A DNA stretch of 56,270 bases from Novosphingobium sp. (GTDB taxonomy: Bacteria > Pseudomonadota > Alphaproteobacteria > Sphingomonadales > Sphingomonadaceae), in NCBI GenBank assembly GCA_023266625.1, contig JAHFPT010000029.1, positions 1 to 56,270 of the forward strand. The letters are read 5' to 3'. Both the position numbers and the translations under genes were made by a program. Below are positions 51,539-56,270 of the stretch, piece by piece. Within the stretch, counting starts at the first letter, position 1. Each line of letters starts with the position of its first letter. The notes under the pieces were generated by a model. That model made no database searches and was not told where the DNA came from. It worked only from the letters and a program-made list of their open reading frames with translations.

Positions 51539-52912
51539 GTGGCGAGTAACTGGACACCCGACGGCTGGAAGGCGCATGAAGCGCGGCATCTGCCTGCCTA
51601 TGAAGATGCGAGCGAACTCGCCGGGGCTGAGGCAACGCTGGCCAAGTTCCCGCCGCTGGTTTTTGCTGGCGAAGCGCGCGCGCTGAAGGCAGATCTCGCC
51701 GAAGTCGCAGCGGGTAAGGGTTTTCTGCTCCAGGGCGGCGATTGCGCCGAAAGCTTTGCCGAACACAGCGCCGACAATATCCGCGACACCTTCCGCGTGC
51801 TGTTGCAGATGGCGGTGGTGATGACCTTCGCCAGCAAGCAGCCAGTGGTGAAGGTCGGGCGCATGGCCGGCCAGTTCGCCAAGCCGCGTTCGGCACCGAC
51901 CGAGACGATCGGCGGCAAGGAACTGCCGAGCTATTTCGGCGACATCATCAATGGCATTGAGTTCGAGGATAGCGTTCGCCGCAACGATCCCGCGCGGATG
52001 ATCCAGGCCTATGGGCAGAGCGCTGCGACGCTCAACCTGCTGCGCGCTTTCGCGAATGGCGGCTATGCCAATCTGCGGCAGGTTCACCAGTGGACGCTGG
52101 ACCACATCGGTCGCAGCCCCTGGGCGAAGAAGTTCAGCGAAACCGCAGATCGCATCGGCGAGGCGCTCGATTTCATGGCGGCCTGCGGCATCGATCCGAT
52201 GACTGTGCCGCAATTGCAGGGCACCAGCTTCTACACCAGCCACGAAGCGCTGCTGCTGCCTTATGAGCAGGCGTTGACCCGGCGCGATTCGCTGACCGGC
52301 GACTGGTACGATTGCTCGGCGCACATGCTGTGGATCGGCGACCGGACCCGCTTCGAAGGTTCGGCGCATGTCGAATTCCTGCGCGGCGTCGGCAATCCCA
52401 TCGGCATGAAATGCGGGCCGAGCCTCGAGCCCGACGCGCTGCTCAGGATGCTCGACACGCTCAATCCCGCGCGTGAGGCTGGGCGGATGACGCTGATCAG
52501 TCGCTTCGGCCACGACAAGGTCGAGGATGGCCTGCCAAAGCTGGTCCGCGCGGTGCAGCGCGAGGGGCACACGGTGGTGTGGTCGTGCGATCCGATGCAC
52601 GGCAATGTCATCAAGGCGGAGAGCGGCTACAAAACCCGGCCGTTCGAGCGCATTCTCGCCGAGGTGAAGGGCTTCTTCGCCGTCCACCGGGCCGAGGGCA
52701 CGCATGCGGGCGGTATCCATATCGAGATGACCGGGCAGGACGTCACCGAATGCACCGGCGGCGCGGTGGCGATCACCGATGAGGCGCTGGCCGACCGTTA
52801 TCACACCCATTGCGACCCGCGCCTCAACGCTGCGCAATCGATCGAGCTTGCATTCCTGCTCGCAGACATGCTCAATCTGGAAGCCACGGAGAGGGCGAAG
52901 AAGGCTGCCTGA
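51539..52912 (+). CDS. Class II DAHP synthase
   Basis: [43 protein letters not shown] 51539 after AAGGAG. Confidence 0.97.
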   Translation: MASNWTPDGWKAHEARHLPAYEDASELAGAEATLAKFPPLVFAGEARALKADLAEVAAGKGFLLQGGDCAESFAEHSADNIRDTFRVLLQMAVVMTFASKQPVVKVGRMAGQFAKPRSAPTETIGGKELPSYFGDIINGIEFEDSVRRNDPARMIQAYGQSAATLNLLRAFANGGYANLRQVHQWTLDHIGRSPWAKKFSETADRIGEALDFMAACGIDPMTVPQLQGTSFYTSHEALLLPYEQALTRRDSLTGDWYDCSAHMLWIGDRTRFEGSAHVEFLRGVGNPIGMKCGPSLEPDALLRMLDTLNPAREAGRMTLISRFGHDKVEDGLPKLVRAVQREGHTVVWSCDPMHGNVIKAESGYKTRPFERILAEVKGFFAVHRAEGTHAGGIHIEMTGQDVTECTGGAVAITDEALADRYHTHCDPRLNAAQSIELAFLLADMLNLEATERAKKAA

Positions 52913-52953
52913 GTCGGGGCCGCCCACCTCTCCCGAAGGTATGGGAGAGAACT

Positions 52954-53772
52954 ATGGACCTGGCGAAGTATGGCCCTTGGGCGCTGATCACTGGCGGCTC
53001 GGAGGGAGTGGGCGCGGAATTCGCGCGGCAACTGGCGGCGGATGGCTTCAAGCTGGTGCTGGTGGCGCGCAAAGTGGAGCCGCTGGAGGAGCTTGCGGCG
53101 GAGCTGCGGGGGAAGGGCGCGGAAGTCCGCACTGTTTCCGCCGACCTCAAGAAATCCGACGTGCTCGACCGGGTGCGTGAGCAGACCGACGATGTCGATG
53201 TCGGCCTGCTGGTCTACAACGCCGGAGCCAACGACACGCGCGGGCTGTTCGTCGATCTGCCAGCCGAGGTGACCGACGGGGTGATCGCGATCAACGTGCT
53301 GGCCCAGGCCGCTTTCTCGCGGCATTATGGCGCTCTGATGAAGGCGCGCGGGCGCGGCGGGATTATCCTTACCGGGTCGCTCGGCGGCTATCTCGGCTCA
53401 CCGACGTTGGCGGCTTACACCGCCGCCAAGGCCTTCAGCCGGATTTTCACCGAAGCGCTGTGGCTGGAAATGCAGCCGCTGGGCGTCGATGTCCTCCATC
53501 TCAACATCGGCTTTACCGCAACCCCGGCGATGGCCCGGCTGGGCATGCCGGTTGAGTTCGCCGAACCGTGCGAAAATGTCGCGCGCGAGGGCTTGGAGAA
53601 CATCGCCAATGGCCCGGTGTGGATCGTCAGCACCCCAGGCAATGTCGATCGGGCGCGCATGATCAGCCGCATCGACGACCGCGCCGAAGCCGTCCGCGCC
53701 CATGCCATCGCCCCGCGCGAGGAAACCGCCAAATATGCTCAGGAGCAGAAGCAGCTGGCGAAGGGTGCCTGA
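52954..53772 (+). CDS. Short-chain dehydrogenase/reductase
   Basis: TGGSEGVG, YNAG, YTAAK. Confidence 0.93.
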   Translation: MDLAKYGPWALITGGSEGVGAEFARQLAADGFKLVLVARKVEPLEELAAELRGKGAEVRTVSADLKKSDVLDRVREQTDDVDVGLLVYNAGANDTRGLFVDLPAEVTDGVIAINVLAQAAFSRHYGALMKARGRGGIILTGSLGGYLGSPTLAAYTAAKAFSRIFTEALWLEMQPLGVDVLHLNIGFTATPAMARLGMPVEFAEPCENVAREGLENIANGPVWIVSTPGNVDRARMISRIDDRAEAVRAHAIAPREETAKYAQEQKQLAKGA

Positions 53773-53777
53773 GGGGG

Positions 53778-54539
53778 GTGGCGCAGCGCTTCAAGCTGAC
53801 GGGCAGAGTGGCGCTGGTCACCGGCGGAGCGAGCGGCATCGGCGTCGGGATTGCTGAAGTGCTGGCCGAGGCCGGAGCCATGGTGGTTATCGCCGATGTG
53901 GATGCGTCAGGCGCACAGGCGCAGGCCGAGGCGATGATCGCGGCGGGGCATGATGCGGCGGCGGTGACGGTCGATCTGGCCGATGAAGCATCGGTCGTTG
54001 CGGCATGCGCCGAAGTCATCGCCAAACACGGCGTGCCCTGGGTGCTGGTCAACAATGCCGGGGTGCAGCACCGCGAACTGCTGCTCGAAGGCAGCGTCGC
54101 CCATTGGGAACTGAACCAGACGATCAATGCGCGCGGCCCCTTCCTGATGACCCGCGAGATCGGCAAGGCAATGGTCGCAGGCGGCCAGGGCGGGCGGATC
54201 GTCAATTGTGCCACCACGGGCCTGATCGGCCAGGCGGTGCACGGGCTGGCCGCCTATCTCGCCTCGAAGGGCGCGCTGGCGGGGCTGACCCGGGCCAGCG
54301 CGATGGAGCTGGCCGAGTATGGCATCACGGTGAACACGGTTCTGCCCGGCGGCGTCGGCACGCCCGGATCGATGGGTGCAAAAGGCCCTCCGCCCGAAGG
54401 CCCCGGCAGGCGGATCACCCCCCTGGGCTTCTGCGAACCGCGCGATATTGCCAGCGCCGTGCTTTACTTCGCAACCCCCGCTGCGCGCTATGTCACCAAC
54501 CAGACGATTGCCGTCGATGCGGGGTTTTCGATTTCGTGA
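53778..54539 (+). CDS. Short-chain dehydrogenase/reductase
   Basis: TGGASGIG, NNAG, YLASK, VNTVLPG. GTG start. Confidence 0.93.
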   Translation: MAQRFKLTGRVALVTGGASGIGVGIAEVLAEAGAMVVIADVDASGAQAQAEAMIAAGHDAAAVTVDLADEASVVAACAEVIAKHGVPWVLVNNAGVQHRELLLEGSVAHWELNQTINARGPFLMTREIGKAMVAGGQGGRIVNCATTGLIGQAVHGLAAYLASKGALAGLTRASAMELAEYGITVNTVLPGGVGTPGSMGAKGPPPEGPGRRITPLGFCEPRDIASAVLYFATPAARYVTNQTIAVDAGFSIS

Positions 54540-54637
54540 GCGAAGCGCCTCGGATCGGAATTAATGAGCTAGCTTAGCTTTTTGGCTTGCGCTCCGGCTT
54601 CCTGCTTGCTTTGGGCAAAGCAAGCGAGGGAAATGCA

Positions 54638-56270
54638 ATGTCGGCAAACGGGGGTCTCAAGGCCGGGGCCAGTCTGATCGCGATGCTGGCTGTGCCACAT
54701 TTGGCGCATGCCCAGCGTGCAGGCGAGAACGCCGTGACCAATGCCGCCGATGCTTTCGGCACCAGTGTCGGGACCGAAACGACCGGCATCTATTCAGAAA
54801 ACGATGCGCGCGGCTTCAGCCCGAAAAAGGCGGGCAATATCAGGATCGACGGCATCTACTTCGATCAGGTGTCGACGCTGTCGGGGCGGCTGCGCGACAG
54901 CACTTCGATCCGGGTCGGTTTTGCCTCCGAGGATTTCCCGTTCCACGCGCCAACCGGGATCGTCGATCACAAATTGCGCCCGATGCCGGTAGAACTCGGC
55001 ACCAGCCTGGGCATCCAGCGCACCGGTTTCGGGGGCTCGATCGGCGAGTGGGATTTGCGGATACCGATCATCAAGGGCCATATTGGGCTGACCGGCGGGA
55101 TGGCATATTCCAACGCGCGGCAGACAGACGGCGCGACCAGCTTGACGTGGGGCATTACGGTGATGCCGATTTTTCGATTCGGTGGTGTAGAGATTGCGCC
55201 CTTTTTTCATCACGGCGAGTTCCCCAGCGGTCGTCCGCAACCCCTGGTCGTGGTCAGCGACACGCTGCCCAGGCTGCCACCGGTGCGTCGCTATCTTGGC
55301 CAGAACTGGGAAAATGCCCGGCTCGACAACGGGTCCAAGGGCGTGACAGTAAAGGCGCAGATCACCCCGCGACTGTCGCTGCGCGGCGGACTGTTCTATT
55401 CGACCGGAAGTCGAGTGGAGAGTTTCGCCGACATATATGCGATGCTGCCTGGATCCGATCAGGCCCGCCATTTTTTCATCGCCGATCCGGTGCAGGATGT
55501 GCATTCGACCAGCGGCGAAGTGCAGGTCGCTTACCGTTTTTCGACCGGCAGCTGGCAGCACCGGCTGATCGCCGGCTATCGCGGGCGCAATCGCTATACC
55601 GAGTCGGGCGGATCGTCGTCGCATGATTTCGGAACCGGCACTTTTGGCGAGGCCAGCACGGCGAGCCAGCCGGACTACCATTTCACGGCGGTCAACGCCG
55701 GCCGGGTGAAACAATCCGCGCTGCTGTTGGGCTACACCGGCAGGATCGAGGGTGTCGGCTCGATCAATCTGGGTCTGCAACGCGCCCGCTACCGGGCCAC
55801 ATCGACCAAGGGGCTGACCGGCGAGGTAAGGGACGATCCCTGGCTTTACAACGCTTCGCTGGGGATCGATCTCAGCCGTAACCTGTCAGTCTATTTAGGC
55901 TCTGAGAAAGGCCTGGAAGACAGCGGCATCGCGCCGGACAACGCCGCCAACGCCAATGAGCAACTGCCCTCGGCCCGCTCGACTCAATATGAAGGCGGGG
56001 TCCGCTGGAAATTCAACGGCGGCCAGCTGGTGGTCAGTGCGTTCCAGATCACAAAGCCCTATTTTTCCTTCGACCTCGCGAAAAACTATGTTCAGCTCGG
56101 CACTGTCCGCCATCGCGGAATCGAAACCTCGCTTTCAGGCCATTTCGGCAGGCGGCTGAGCCTGCTGGTGGGGGCGGTGCTGATGCAGCCGCGGGTGAGC
56201 GGCCCGGGTCGAGACAGCGGCTTGCTGGGCGACCGGCCGGCGGGCACGCCATCGGTCTATGCCAAGCTCG
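54638..56270 (+). CDS. TonB-dependent receptor, runs off window edge
   Basis: Not in the track because it has no stop. MSANGGLKAGASLIAMLAVPHLAHA signal, plug-like RGFSP..GNIRIDGIYF, barrel strands such as QYEGGVRW and HRGIE. Confidence 0.88.
   Translation, partial: MSANGGLKAGASLIAMLAVPHLAHAQRAGENAVTNAADAFGTSVGTETTGIYSENDARGFSPKKAGNIRIDGIYFDQVSTLSGRLRDSTSIRVGFASEDFPFHAPTGIVDHKLRPMPVELGTSLGIQRTGFGGSIGEWDLRIPIIKGHIGLTGGMAYSNARQTDGATSLTWGITVMPIFRFGGVEIAPFFHHGEFPSGRPQPLVVVSDTLPRLPPVRRYLGQNWENARLDNGSKGVTVKAQITPRLSLRGGLFYSTGSRVESFADIYAMLPGSDQARHFFIADPVQDVHSTSGEVQVAYRFSTGSWQHRLIAGYRGRNRYTESGGSSSHDFGTGTFGEASTASQPDYHFTAVNAGRVKQSALLLGYTGRIEGVGSINLGLQRARYRATSTKGLTGEVRDDPWLYNASLGIDLSRNLSVYLGSEKGLEDSGIAPDNAANANEQLPSARSTQYEGGVRWKFNGGQLVVSAFQITKPYFSFDLAKNYVQLGTVRHRGIETSLSGHFGRRLSLLVGAVLMQPRVSGPGRDSGLLGDRPAGTPSVYAKL

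Noticed and set aside
54794-55780. 328-aa minus-strand ORF and other short ORFs at the window end
   Set aside because: Shadows of the TonB-dependent receptor.

Overview
GC-rich (roughly 63-65% by eye) alphaproteobacterial chromosome. Gene content and order point to Sphingomonadales, Novosphingobium-like (inference). The core backbone is PLD-folE, ilvB-ilvN-ilvC, miaA/serB, purL, xseB-ispA-coaD-PPIase-queA...tgt, a Tad/Cpa pilus locus lacking cpaF and pilin, ispH-thrB-rnhA, nifU-nitroreductase-tsaB-rimI-mucR-fur-plsC, an M16 peptidase and a class II DAHP synthase. Many small accessory insertions interrupt it: an orphan 133-aa gene with a ~27% GC upstream region, an Ltp2-like/DUF35 pair, an antisense two-gene membrane-protein cassette inside ilvNC, vapBC, a P450 between queA and tgt, an AKR/EthD-like/LLM operon, and a phaC-phaZ island carrying recombination scars plus a PEP-CTERM metalloprotease. 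Three REP-like palindromes are present. I see no tRNA, rRNA, CRISPR array, transposase or integrase. Best leads: (1) the leaderless antisense cassette flanked by direct repeats in ilvNC, (2) an attenuator-like ilvB leader with non-classical logic, (3) a compositionally foreign in-frame segment inside purL, (4) a diverged orphan phaZ 3' end fused to an amidase relic. Nothing here is a demonstrated new system. All assignments come from motif recognition by eye, with no database search.
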